A DNA stretch of 38,584 nucleotides from Smithellaceae bacterium (GTDB lineage: Bacteria; Desulfobacterota; Syntrophia; Syntrophales; CAMTWB01): the NCBI GenBank assembly GCA_034368785.1, contig JAXMLI010000209.1, positions 1 to 38,584 of the forward strand. The letters are read 5' to 3'. Positions 8,791-18,286 of the stretch are shown piece after piece. Position 1 is the first letter of the stretch. Each line of letters starts with the position of its first letter. Under the pieces are notes generated by a model. That model was given only the letters and a program-made list of their open reading frames with translations. It did not search any database and was not told where the DNA came from. The translations under genes were made by a program, and so were the position numbers.

Positions 8791-9579
8791 ATGAAGATTC
8801 TGGTCTGTATCAAACAAATTCTCGATCCTGATTCGCCTCTGACCCTGGAGAAGTCAGGGAGTGAGGTTATTCCGGCGGGAAAAACCCCCTACCGAATGAA
8901 CCATTTTGACGAGTACACCCTGGAGGAGGCCTTCCTGATCCGGGATGCCTTCCCCGGCGTGACGGTGGATGCGATCTCCGTGGGACCGGCGCGGGTGCAG
9001 ACTACCCTCAGAAAGGCCCTCGAACTGGGCGCCGATCAGGGAATTCACCTGCGGACGGCCGGTGATCAGCTCATGCCGGTGGAAACGGCAGCTCACCTCG
9101 CCGGGTATGTTCGCGACCAGGGGTATGACCTGATCCTCACCGGGGCGATGGCGGAGGATGATATGGCGGCACAGGTGGGCCCCACGCTGGCGGAACTGCT
9201 GGACTGGGCGGCCGTCTCCTTTGTCATCGCGGAAAAACTCTCGCCGGACCTGAAGAGCATCTATGTGGAACAGGAGTCAGAGGGCGGCCTCCGAGAGGCC
9301 TTTTCCGTCGATCTGCCTGCCGTTCTTTCCCTCCAGCCGGGCATCAACCGCCCCCGTTATCCCCGGCTGTCCCAGGTTCTTAAGGCTAGGAACCAGCACC
9401 TGACCGTTGTTGCCGTCAAAGAGGCCGTGGACAGGGCGGTGCAAGAAGCATCCCGGCGATTCCTTGAACCACCGAGATCGGCTGCCGGTGTCATTCTTAC
9501 GGGGACTCCCCGGGAAAAAGCGGCCCGACTTTGGGAAATCATCACGAGCAAGGCCCTGGAGAAGCGGCATGAAGGATAA
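8791..9579 (+). CDS. etfB: Electron transfer flavoprotein beta subunit
   Basis: The N-terminus MKILVCIKQILDPDSPL is canonical for EtfB/FixA. ~262 aa from ATG 8791. The ORF track begins at an upstream TTG (8773). Confidence 0.9.
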   Translation: MKILVCIKQILDPDSPLTLEKSGSEVIPAGKTPYRMNHFDEYTLEEAFLIRDAFPGVTVDAISVGPARVQTTLRKALELGADQGIHLRTAGDQLMPVETAAHLAGYVRDQGYDLILTGAMAEDDMAAQVGPTLAELLDWAAVSFVIAEKLSPDLKSIYVEQESEGGLREAFSVDLPAVLSLQPGINRPRYPRLSQVLKARNQHLTVVAVKEAVDRAVQEASRRFLEPPRSAAGVILTGTPREKAARLWEIITSKALEKRHEG

Positions 9580-10540
9580 AATGATCCAGGTCCTGATTGA
9601 GCAATCCTCAGGAACGATTAGCCGGGCCTCCTACGACGCTGTCCATTGCGCCCGGGGAATCTCCGCCGGTGATTCCGAGCGGGTGGGCCTTATTGTGGCC
9701 AGCGACGATCCCGCGCCCCTGGCCCGCAAACTGGCTGCGGAGACGGGTCTCGATGTAACTGCACTCCAATCTGCCCATCTGGCCTCCAGTGAAGCTCTCA
9801 AGCAGGCCTTGACAACGCTGCTGCTGGAAAGGCCATCCAAGTATTTGTGCCTCCCCCACAGCGCTGCCGGCTGCGACCTGGCCCCTGGTCTGGCCCTGCG
9901 GCTTGGTGCCGCCTGTATTACCGGTGTCGAGTCGGTACGGCGCGAGGGGGAGGAGGTTTTTTTCCTTCGACCAGTATTCAAGGGAAAATTTTACGAGGAA
10001 GTTCAAACATCCCCCCAAACCACGGTTCTCACGGTCCTTCCGGGGATGGTTAAAGATGTCCGATTCCCCGCAAGCCCGGGGGAGGTGACGGTAGTTGCCG
10101 CCGCCGCAGGCGGGCCGGGCAGGATTCGTGCGCTGGGTCGGGTGGCCGCCCGGGAAGACGACTACGACCTCTCGTTGGCCGAGGTAATCGTGGCCGCCGG
10201 CCGGGGAATCGGCGCGCTGGAAAACCTTCCGCTGGTAGAGGCCCTGGCTGCATTGTTCTCCCGTTCCGCCCTCGGCGCCTCCCGGGCCCTGTGCGATCTC
10301 GGTTGGCTGGATCACAAGCACCAGGTGGGAATCACCGGTAAAACGGTGGCGCCTAAAATGTACCTCGCCTGCGGTATTTCAGGAACAGCCCAGCATCTGG
10401 CCGGGATGAGGGGATCGCCCTGCATCGTGGCGATCAACCGGGACCCGGGCGCGCCTATTTTCCGGGTGGCCCATTATGGCATCGTGGAGGATCTCACCAC
10501 CTTTATCCCGCTTATGTTGGAATTGACCGAAGGGGAGTAA
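9569..10540 (+). CDS. etfA: Electron transfer flavoprotein alpha subunit
   Basis: C-terminal FAD-binding region ([50 protein letters not shown]). ATG 9569 overlaps the etfB stop, giving ~323 aa. The ORF-track start at 9407 lies inside etfB. Confidence 0.9.
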   Translation: MKDKMIQVLIEQSSGTISRASYDAVHCARGISAGDSERVGLIVASDDPAPLARKLAAETGLDVTALQSAHLASSEALKQALTTLLLERPSKYLCLPHSAAGCDLAPGLALRLGAACITGVESVRREGEEVFFLRPVFKGKFYEEVQTSPQTTVLTVLPGMVKDVRFPASPGEVTVVAAAAGGPGRIRALGRVAAREDDYDLSLAEVIVAAGRGIGALENLPLVEALAALFSRSALGASRALCDLGWLDHKHQVGITGKTVAPKMYLACGISGTAQHLAGMRGSPCIVAINRDPGAPIFRVAHYGIVEDLTTFIPLMLELTEGE

Positions 10541-10581
10541 TGGGGAGGTTCAAAACCCACCGAAAAGGAGGATATTGGATT

Positions 10582-11760
10582 ATGAACAAACAGTCGCCCT
10601 GGCAAACAATCTTGTTTTTTCTCCTGTTGATTTTTACCGTCGTAGTCTTATCCGTCGCTTCCAATGATCTCTGGGGCGGCAAATCCGAGCAACTGCCGCC
10701 ACAACAAGAATTGATCATCAACGAGGGAATGACCATCGCCCAGTTTGGTCAGGTTAATGATTTATCCGAGCCGCTCCTGAAAGAAATATTCGACCTCAAG
10801 GTTCCGGCCGAGCTGGACAAAAAGCTCGGCGCGTATGGCACAACCGACCAGGTCACCGCCCTGGTCAGAAAAAAAATGGCCCTGGCCGCCGAACATGCCA
10901 CGAAGAACTGGGTAAAGATTGTTGTCAAGTTCGGGCTTTGGTTTGTTTTCCTTGCCGGCGTTTTTATGTTCTTTAAAAAACACCCGGTTTCTGCACGACT
11001 CAGGAAGTTGCTGCTTTTTGCCTCCCTCCTGATCTTTGGCGTGATTATGGGGTCCGATCCCAGCCCGATGGGAACGGTAAAGGATGCGATTCACCTCTTT
11101 GGCGCCACCGGGGCGATTTTTCCGCCGCGCATGATCGCCTTGACGGTTTTTTTGCTCCTGGTGTTCCTGGCCAACAAATATATTTGCGCCTGGGGCTGTC
11201 AGGTGGGAACCCTCCAGGATCTTATCTTTCGTCTCAACCAGTCCGAGCAGGGGAAGGCCCTGATCGCCAGACAAATGAAAGTCCCTTTTGTCGTGAGCAA
11301 TTCTGTGCGGATCGCCTTTCTGGCGCTCTTCACCATCTTCGCCTTTTTGTGGGGGATGGATATTATCGAGCCCATCGACCCCTTCAAAATATACAAGCCG
11401 GTCTCACTGGGACTCCTGGGAGGGCTGTCCCTCGGGGCAATCCTTCTGGCCGGCCTGTTCGTTTACCGGCCCTGGTGTCATTTTTTATGCCCCTTCGGGT
11501 TAACGGGTTGGCTCGTGGAGAAAATAAGCCGCATCAAGGTAAGTGTTGACTATACAACTTGTATCGCCTGTCAAAAGTGCGCCACGGCCTGCCCTTCCCC
11601 GGTCATGGGCGCCATTTTAAGACGGGACAAAAAAACAATACCCGATTGCTTTGCCTGCTATGCCTGTCGTGAAATATGCCCGACCGGTTCCATCAGTTTT
11701 TCCGCCCGGAAAAGAACCTTGCCGCCGGCCGGTCATTTCGACCGACGCAAGAAGTCCTGA
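10582..11760 (+). CDS. Membrane polyferredoxin, NapH/NosR/YccM-like (2 Cx3C motifs plus 2x[4Fe-4S] ferredoxin motifs)
   Basis: Multiple TM helices. CAWGCQVG and CHFLCPFG (Cx3CP type). CIACQKCATACP and CFACYACREICP. SD AAGGAGG lies upstream of ATG 10582. Confidence 0.8.
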   Translation: MNKQSPWQTILFFLLLIFTVVVLSVASNDLWGGKSEQLPPQQELIINEGMTIAQFGQVNDLSEPLLKEIFDLKVPAELDKKLGAYGTTDQVTALVRKKMALAAEHATKNWVKIVVKFGLWFVFLAGVFMFFKKHPVSARLRKLLLFASLLIFGVIMGSDPSPMGTVKDAIHLFGATGAIFPPRMIALTVFLLLVFLANKYICAWGCQVGTLQDLIFRLNQSEQGKALIARQMKVPFVVSNSVRIAFLALFTIFAFLWGMDIIEPIDPFKIYKPVSLGLLGGLSLGAILLAGLFVYRPWCHFLCPFGLTGWLVEKISRIKVSVDYTTCIACQKCATACPSPVMGAILRRDKKTIPDCFACYACREICPTGSISFSARKRTLPPAGHFDRRKKS

Positions 11761-11793
11761 GGGCCTTTTATCGAACCTGTCTTCTGAGGATTC

Positions 11794-13041
11794 ATGCGAT
11801 CTCCCATGTCTCTTGTCGTCAGAATGGGCCTCCTGGCCCTTCTGACGATCTTTTCCCTGGCCATTCTCTATACGACCTTTCAGAATTCCCTGAATGCCCG
11901 TCGTCTGGCGGAGCAGGCGCTAGAGAGCAAGGCGCTGGCGCTGTCGGCGGCGGCGGAAAACGCCTTGACGGCGCGGGGCCGGGATACGGCCGGGGAGCTG
12001 CGGGCCATCCTCTCCGATCGGGTGGTGGCCTATGCCCTCATTGCCGGCCGTGACGGAGGAATCATCTATCATAGCAATGAACGGCTGGCAGGGACGAAAC
12101 TGGCCGCCGGGGAATGGATCGCCGGCGATATCAGTCCGGGGCTGGGGAGGCGGATCATCCTGGGAACCGGGGCGCCGGCTTATGCGTTTCATGCGCTTTG
12201 CCATTTGCCGACGGGGGAAGAGAAGATACTGCGCCTCGTACTCCACACGCAGGCGGAGGATCTGATCATTTCCCAAGCCGACCGTCAATGGTGGATCGTC
12301 GGTGGGATATTGCTGCTCCTCTGGACCTTGGGCATCCTCCTGGAAAGAATCTTTATCCGGCAGGTCCGCTTGGAGGAGACCCTGGAGCGGGAGAAGCAAC
12401 TGGGTCTCATCGGGCAGATGAGCGCGGTCCTGGCGCATGAGATCCGAAACGCCCTGGGAAGCGTCAAGGGGTATGTCCAGTATCTGGACGAAAAAACCCC
12501 CCCGTCCGATTCCCGGAAAGGCATTTTCCGCCTCGTTCTCCAGGGAACCGATCGGATCGAATCCCTGGTCGGCGATCTGCTGCGGTTTTCGAAAAAAGAG
12601 GAATACGGGCGGGAGTCCGTGCCGCTGAAACCCCTGCTCCTGGAGGCCCTGTCGTCTGTAACCGATGCCTGGCCGGGGGGGGTGGAATGGGGTGAAACCG
12701 GGGGCGCGGTTCGGGCAGACCGGGAGAAATTGCTTGGCATCCTGGTCAACGGCCTCCGCAACGCCCTCGAAGCCATGGGGCCGGATCAGGGACGCCTCCG
12801 GATAGCGGTGGAGCCAAAGGGCCGTTGGGCGCTCATCCATATTGAAGATGACGGTCCGGGCATTTCACCGGAGGCGGCCGCGGAGGCCTTCACCCCTTTT
12901 TACACCACCAAGGCCACCGGGACGGGTCTCGGCCTGGCCTATGCGGAAAAGCTGACCGAGGGCATGGGCGGCAAAATCTCCCTCGGAAACCGCCCCGGAA
13001 AAAAAGGCGCGGTCTTAACAATCCAACTGCCGAAAGGGTAA
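11794..13041 (+). CDS. Sensor histidine kinase
   Basis: Two TM segments. H-box HEIRNALGSVKG. N box NGLRNALEAM. G boxes EDDGPGI and GTGLGLAYA. Confidence 0.9.
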   Translation: MRSPMSLVVRMGLLALLTIFSLAILYTTFQNSLNARRLAEQALESKALALSAAAENALTARGRDTAGELRAILSDRVVAYALIAGRDGGIIYHSNERLAGTKLAAGEWIAGDISPGLGRRIILGTGAPAYAFHALCHLPTGEEKILRLVLHTQAEDLIISQADRQWWIVGGILLLLWTLGILLERIFIRQVRLEETLEREKQLGLIGQMSAVLAHEIRNALGSVKGYVQYLDEKTPPSDSRKGIFRLVLQGTDRIESLVGDLLRFSKKEEYGRESVPLKPLLLEALSSVTDAWPGGVEWGETGGAVRADREKLLGILVNGLRNALEAMGPDQGRLRIAVEPKGRWALIHIEDDGPGISPEAAAEAFTPFYTTKATGTGLGLAYAEKLTEGMGGKISLGNRPGKKGAVLTIQLPKG

Positions 13042-13045
13042 GGTC

Positions 13046-14374
13046 ATGGGAAAAGCGGTTTTAATTGTGGATGACGATCGTCTGATGCGTTCCTTCCTGG
13101 CCTCCATCCTCGGGGACGAGGGCCATGACCTGGAGGCGGCGGCGAACGGCAGGGAGGGCTTGTCCAGGCTGCGCCAGCGGGATTTCGATCTGATCGTCAC
13201 CGACCTGAAGATGCCCGATATGGATGGACTGGAGCTGATCAGGCTGGGCAGGGAAATCCGGCCGGACAGCCGCTGGATTGTCATCACCGCTTACGGTTCC
13301 ATCAACAATGCCGTGGAGGCGATGAAATTGGGGGCCTCCGACTATTTGACGAAACCCTTTCGCGATCCCGATGAATTCCGTCATGTGGTCCGCCGGGTCC
13401 TCCGGGAGGCGGAAAAGGACCGGAAGATACAGATCATCTCGGAAGAGCTAGACAAAAACCAGCCGCCGCTTTCGATGATCTTCCTCGGCGAGGGCATGGC
13501 GGCGGTTCGTCAACTGACCCTCGAAGTTGCCCCGACCACGGCTACCGTGCTGATTACGGGACCCAGCGGCACGGGCAAGGAACTGATCGCCCGGGTGATC
13601 CATCAACACAGCCCGCGCAGGGATAAGCCTTTTGTCGCCGTTAACTGTGCCGCCCTGGCAGAAACCATCCTGGAAAGCGAGCTTTTCGGTCATGAAAAGG
13701 GCGCTTTCACGGGTGCGGCGGCCCTGCGCAAGGGACGATTCGAACTGGCGGACGGGGGCAGCCTTTTTCTCGACGAAATCGGCGATCTCCCCCCCGCGGT
13801 GCAGGTTAAATTGCTCCGGGTGCTGCAGGAAAGGCAGTTCGAGCGCGTGGGAGGCGTTCGCACGATTTCCGTGGATGTCCGCGTTATTACCGCCACGAAT
13901 CGCAACCTGCGGGAAGAAATGGCCGCCGGGAGATTTCGCGAGGATCTCTTCTACCGGCTCAACGTCTTTCCAATCGCCTTACCCAGGCTTAGGGAACGCC
14001 GGGAGGCGATCCTGCCCCTAGCCCGGTATTTTATGGACCGCTTCGCCGAGAACCTTGGCAAGGGCCTTCCCGTGCTTACGGAGGCGGCGGAGCAGGCCTT
14101 GCTTGGATATGAATGGCCGGGCAATATCCGTGAGTTGCAGAATGTCATGGAGCGGGGGATGATTCTCGCTCAGGGGGAACTGGATGTCCGCCAGCTTAAT
14201 GTGGACAGGTCGGACCATGCGATAGCGTCCCCGGAAGGGCTGCTAAAAATTCAGGAAGCGGAAACGATTCGCCGGATTCTGGCCCTGGTGCAGGGCAATC
14301 GTCGGGAGGCGGCCAGGCGTCTGGGCATTTCGCTCCGAACCCTGCAGTACCGCATACGTGAGCTGAAGCTGTGA
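13046..14374 (+). CDS. Sigma-54-dependent response regulator (NtrC family)
   Basis: Receiver domain (IVDDD...DLKMPDMDG). Walker A GPSGTGKE. GAFTGA motif. C-terminal HTH (AARRLGISLRTLQYRIRELKL). Confidence 0.92.
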   Translation: MGKAVLIVDDDRLMRSFLASILGDEGHDLEAAANGREGLSRLRQRDFDLIVTDLKMPDMDGLELIRLGREIRPDSRWIVITAYGSINNAVEAMKLGASDYLTKPFRDPDEFRHVVRRVLREAEKDRKIQIISEELDKNQPPLSMIFLGEGMAAVRQLTLEVAPTTATVLITGPSGTGKELIARVIHQHSPRRDKPFVAVNCAALAETILESELFGHEKGAFTGAAALRKGRFELADGGSLFLDEIGDLPPAVQVKLLRVLQERQFERVGGVRTISVDVRVITATNRNLREEMAAGRFREDLFYRLNVFPIALPRLRERREAILPLARYFMDRFAENLGKGLPVLTEAAEQALLGYEWPGNIRELQNVMERGMILAQGELDVRQLNVDRSDHAIASPEGLLKIQEAETIRRILALVQGNRREAARRLGISLRTLQYRIRELKL

Positions 14375-14625
14375 TTCAAACACCTGGCAGGTCACGAGGG
14401 CCAGGTCTTGCAGCAACACATTCTAAAAACTGGATCACCTTTCCTGGTTAGTGGCTAACGATGCGTTAACGCAAGACCTGACCACCCCCCCCGCACATCC
14501 CCGCAGACCGCAGGAAGAAATGATTTGACAGGAAATCTTTCTGCGTGATACTAATATTAAAATAGTAGCACGTAGATGCGGTCGGCCAACTACTTCCGAA
14601 ACCTGAAACGACAGGAGGTGATCAC

Positions 14626-16215
14626 ATGTCAGGACGATTTAAAAAGATCTGTTTCCTGCTTATGCTGGTTTTGCTCTTCTTCCCCGGTTTTCCGGTACAG
14701 GGGGCCGGGCCGGTTTCGGAGGTGCGCATTGCCGATAGCGCCGGGGATTGGGGGTATCCCAACCCCTTCCGCCATTACCCCCGTGGGCCTGGTTATGTCC
14801 GTATGAGCTGGGTTTTCGACACCTTAATCTGGAAGGATCAAAAGGGTCATGTTCCGGCGCTTGCGGAATCATGGCGCTACGATCCGGGCAACAGGACATT
14901 TACCTTCAAACTCAATCCCAAGGCCAGATGGCATGATGGCAAACCGGTGACGGCGGCGGACGTGGTCTTTACCATTGGCTATTACCGCAAACATCCTTAC
15001 CGCGCGGTCAACGTGGGACTGGTGGAGAGCGCCGTGGCCCAGGAGCGACATACCCTGGCGATCCGTCTGGCCAGGCCCTACAGCCCCTTTTTAGACGATA
15101 TCGGCGGCACCATGCCCATATTGCCCAAGCACATCTGGGAACTGGTGGATAAACCGGGAGAGTACAGCGAGCCGCAGGCTTTTATTGGCAGCGGTCCCTA
15201 TATGTTTCGTGATTTCAACAAGACCCAGGGAACGTACCTCTATGAGGCCTTTCCGGACTATTATCAGGGGCGGCCTAAGGCGGACAGGCTCATCTACCTC
15301 CGTTCAAGCCAACCACTGGTTTCCTTGACCACGGGGCAGGCGGATCTCGCCAGCATTCACCCGGATATGGTCCCCGCCCTGGAGAAGAAGGGTTTTGTGA
15401 TCATCCGGGATGAGCGGGGTTGGAATAAAAAATTGATGATTAACCACCGGAAGCCCCCTTTGAACGATAAACGCTTCCGGCAGGCCTTGGCCTACGCCAT
15501 CAATCAACGGGAGATATTAGAGAAGGGACATCGAGATGTGGGCCGGCCGGCGTCTTATGGACTGCTCTCCCTGGACCACGAGATGTATAATCCGCACACC
15601 CCCGCCTATCCCCATAATCCCGACAAAGCCAGGCAGTTGATGGAGGCATTGGGGTTCAAGCGCGGCGCCGATGGCTATTATCAGCACGGCAGCCAGGTCC
15701 TTTCGCTGGTTCTCCTGTCTTCCTCAATCACCGTTGCCGGCGAAACAGGGCCGGACCGGGACGGAGAGATTATCAAGAAACAACTGGAAGGGGTGGGCAT
15801 CCGGGTGGATTTGTTGAACCTGGAACAAGCCACCACGGACAGCCGCGTGCGGAACTGGGATTTTGATCTGGCCGTTTCCGGTCATGGCGGCCTCTACGGC
15901 GACCCCGTTGTACTGAACGAGATGATTTCGCCCGCCTACGGCGGCGCCTCGGTCAACAGCGCCCGCTACGATGCCAATCCTGAATTGAACCGCCTGCTGG
16001 AGGCGCAAATCACGGAGATGGATCCCGTAAAGAGAAAAGAAAAAGTCTATGAAATTCAAAGAATATACGCCGAGGAACTTCCGGCCATTTCCCTTTACTA
16101 TCCCGAGGCTGTGGCGGCTTACAATCCCCGCAAGGGGATTAACTGGTTCTACACCAAGGGCGGCATCAGTAAGGGGATTCCTATTTCCCAAAATAAGCTG
16201 GCGTTAATCAGGTGA
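14626..16215 (+). CDS. ABC transporter substrate-binding protein, family 5 (peptide/nickel/opine type)
   Basis: Signal peptide. 529 aa. Family-5 SBP look (W..D..G..VTA.DV.F, GSGPY.F). SD AGGAGG precedes the ATG. Confidence 0.85.
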   Translation: MSGRFKKICFLLMLVLLFFPGFPVQGAGPVSEVRIADSAGDWGYPNPFRHYPRGPGYVRMSWVFDTLIWKDQKGHVPALAESWRYDPGNRTFTFKLNPKARWHDGKPVTAADVVFTIGYYRKHPYRAVNVGLVESAVAQERHTLAIRLARPYSPFLDDIGGTMPILPKHIWELVDKPGEYSEPQAFIGSGPYMFRDFNKTQGTYLYEAFPDYYQGRPKADRLIYLRSSQPLVSLTTGQADLASIHPDMVPALEKKGFVIIRDERGWNKKLMINHRKPPLNDKRFRQALAYAINQREILEKGHRDVGRPASYGLLSLDHEMYNPHTPAYPHNPDKARQLMEALGFKRGADGYYQHGSQVLSLVLLSSSITVAGETGPDRDGEIIKKQLEGVGIRVDLLNLEQATTDSRVRNWDFDLAVSGHGGLYGDPVVLNEMISPAYGGASVNSARYDANPELNRLLEAQITEMDPVKRKEKVYEIQRIYAEELPAISLYYPEAVAAYNPRKGINWFYTKGGISKGIPISQNKLALIR

Positions 16216-16227
16216 CGGAGGGCGCCA

Positions 16228-17256
16228 TTGACAGATCAGACCAAAGGGCAATCAACCGGCCGACTTTCCCCTTTCCGTAGCATCGCCGGGAAGGTTCAGG
16301 GGGCCAAATACCGCGGGAAGGCCGGTTCTTACCTGCTTGCCATCCTCGTCCTGATAACCCTGAGTTACTTTCTGCCGCGGCTGTTGCCGGGGGATTTCGT
16401 CACCTCCATGTATTCCGGCGCTCCGGTGACCCTGACCGCGCTTCAGGAAGCGGAACTAAAGGCCTTCTACGCCAAGCAGGAAGGGTTTGGCAGATATGTG
16501 GCCAACCTGCTTTCCCTCAACTGGGGCTACTCCTATGCCTTTCTGGCGCCCGTCTCCCGGCTGGTTTTTGACGCCTTGCCCTGGACGTTGCTCTTGATTG
16601 GCAGCGCCCATCTGCTGGCCAGCATTTTCGGTTTCATTGCCGGGGTAGAAGCGGCCTGGCGGGGGGGCGTTTTTGAGAAGGTCGGGGTTTGGTTCATGAC
16701 CCTGCTGGAAGGGATCCCCGAGATGTGCCTGGGGGTCCTGCTCTTGCTGTTCTTTGCCCTGCATCTGGGCTGGTTTCCCGCCGCCGGTGCGGAAACCGCC
16801 TATGGGCGGCTAACGTCTTTCGAAGCCGTCCTGGACGTTATTCACCACCTGATACTGCCCCTCGCCACGCTGATTGTGGCTTATTTACCGGGAAACTTCC
16901 TGCTGGCCCGGGGGAGCATGATTATGACCATGGGACTTCCCTTCGTCACGACGGCCCGGGCCAAGGGGCTTACGCCGCGGCGTGTACGCTATGCCCATGG
17001 GGCCCGTAATGCCCTGTTGCCGCTGGCGACGCGTTTTGGACTGCGGATTGGCTTCCTGCTTACCGGGGCGCTGGTGGTAGAGACCGTTTTTTCCTATCCC
17101 GGCCTGGGTACGCTGCTCTTCAAGTCCATCGCCATGCGGGACCTGCCGCTGATCCAGGGGATCGTTTTGTTTTCCTCGGCGCTGATCCTGGCGGTTAACC
17201 TGGCGCTGGAGTTCCTTTACGGCTGGCTCGATCCGCGGGTGAGACATGCATCGTAA
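16228..17256 (+). CDS. ABC transporter permease (DppB/OppB/NikB-like)
   Basis: Six-TM profile. The EAA-type loop region ARAKGLTPRRVRYAHGARNALLP is diagnostic of the binding-protein-dependent permease family. The TTG start is uncertain. Confidence 0.85.
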   Translation: MTDQTKGQSTGRLSPFRSIAGKVQGAKYRGKAGSYLLAILVLITLSYFLPRLLPGDFVTSMYSGAPVTLTALQEAELKAFYAKQEGFGRYVANLLSLNWGYSYAFLAPVSRLVFDALPWTLLLIGSAHLLASIFGFIAGVEAAWRGGVFEKVGVWFMTLLEGIPEMCLGVLLLLFFALHLGWFPAAGAETAYGRLTSFEAVLDVIHHLILPLATLIVAYLPGNFLLARGSMIMTMGLPFVTTARAKGLTPRRVRYAHGARNALLPLATRFGLRIGFLLTGALVVETVFSYPGLGTLLFKSIAMRDLPLIQGIVLFSSALILAVNLALEFLYGWLDPRVRHAS

Positions 17257-18082
17257 TCATTATCAGGAGCTGTCGAAAGATCGGTGGTTTATCGTCGGGA
17301 GCGGGCTGGCGTTTTTGCTGGCCCTGGTTTTCCTGGCCGGGCCAAGCCTGATTCCTTACGATCCCCATGATATGTCCTATCGACCGCTCAGCCCGCCTTC
17401 CGGGATGCACTGGCTCGGGGTCAACGACGGCGGCATGGATATTTTAGCGGAGCTGATTGAAGGGGGACGCCATACCGTTGCCTTCGGCTTGCAGGCCGGC
17501 GCGGCGGGGCTGTTTCTCGGGGTGCTTGCCGGTCTGGCCGCGGCCTGGCGGGGCGGTTGGCCGGACCTTATCATCATGCGGCTGGCCGAGATCATGATGT
17601 CCATTCCCCCGGTGATGGTCCTGATTCTCGCCGCCGCCTTTTTCCGTCCCTCTCCCTCGGAACTGGCGCTGACATTGGCGTGCCTTTCCTGGCCCACCAC
17701 GGCCAAGGTCATAAGGTCCCAGGCCTTGGTGGTCAGGCAAAGCCTGCACGTGGAGGCGGCCAGGCGCATGGGAGGGACGAACTGGTATATCTTGGCGCGG
17801 CACCTGTTGCCGGAACTCTTTCCCCTCTACCTCATGGGTTTTGTGAATAAACTCCGCATGGCCATGTTCATGGAGGCGTCGCTGGCCTTCCTGGGGCTCT
17901 TTGACCCGAGCCGGAAAACCCTGGGCATGATGATCCGCTATGCGCTGAAATACTACTATCTCGACACCTGGTGGCACTGGATCCTTCCGCCCATCATCTG
18001 TCTGACGTTGATCATGGCAGCCGTTACCTTTCTGGCGATCAGCCTGGAGAAACTATTTCATCCCCGCTTAAAGGAACTATGA
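17246..18082 (+). CDS. ABC transporter permease (DppC/OppC/NikC-like)
   Basis: TM profile plus loop AARRMGGTNWYILARHLLPELFP. Overlaps the previous permease by 11 nt. Confidence 0.85.
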   Translation: MHRNHYQELSKDRWFIVGSGLAFLLALVFLAGPSLIPYDPHDMSYRPLSPPSGMHWLGVNDGGMDILAELIEGGRHTVAFGLQAGAAGLFLGVLAGLAAAWRGGWPDLIIMRLAEIMMSIPPVMVLILAAAFFRPSPSELALTLACLSWPTTAKVIRSQALVVRQSLHVEAARRMGGTNWYILARHLLPELFPLYLMGFVNKLRMAMFMEASLAFLGLFDPSRKTLGMMIRYALKYYYLDTWWHWILPPIICLTLIMAAVTFLAISLEKLFHPRLKEL

Positions 18083-18083
18083 C

Positions 18084-18279
18084 GATTTCGTAAAAGTCCG
18101 GATGCTGCGTTGCGCTGCATCCCTCGTCACTGCGGCGCGTTGTAGGGGCAGGTTTCAAACCTGCCCCTACGATCCGCTGGAGGATTGGCGCCCCTGGCCG
18201 CAGCCTGCCCCGGCGAAGGCCGGGGGCCTTTTTACGAAGCCGTCCCGAAACAGGCGTTTTTATGACTTTTTACGAGTTG
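18084..18279. mobile_element. MITE/REP-family insertion (copy E4) between the permease and ATPase genes
   Basis: The 196-bp segment is bounded by a perfect 12-bp direct repeat AGGAACTATGAC (18072-18083 and 18280-18291). TIR-like ends are GACGATTTCGTAAAAGTC and GACTTTTTACGAGTTGA. It contains a 14-bp perfect palindromic hairpin GTAGGGGCAGGTTT-c-AAACCTGCCCCTAC (18142-18170) and a CCCCGGC-GAAG-GCCGGGG hairpin. Confidence 0.7.
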
Positions 18280-18286
18280 AGGAACT

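Noticed and set aside
14525-14557. Sigma-70 promoter upstream of the ABC SBP gene (TTGACA at 14525)
   Set aside because: The -35 is perfect, but no convincing -10 sits at 16-18 nt (ATACTA/TACTAA), and TAATAT lies 21 nt away. This is too weak to annotate. No GG-N10-GC sigma-54 site was found in 14375-14625 either.
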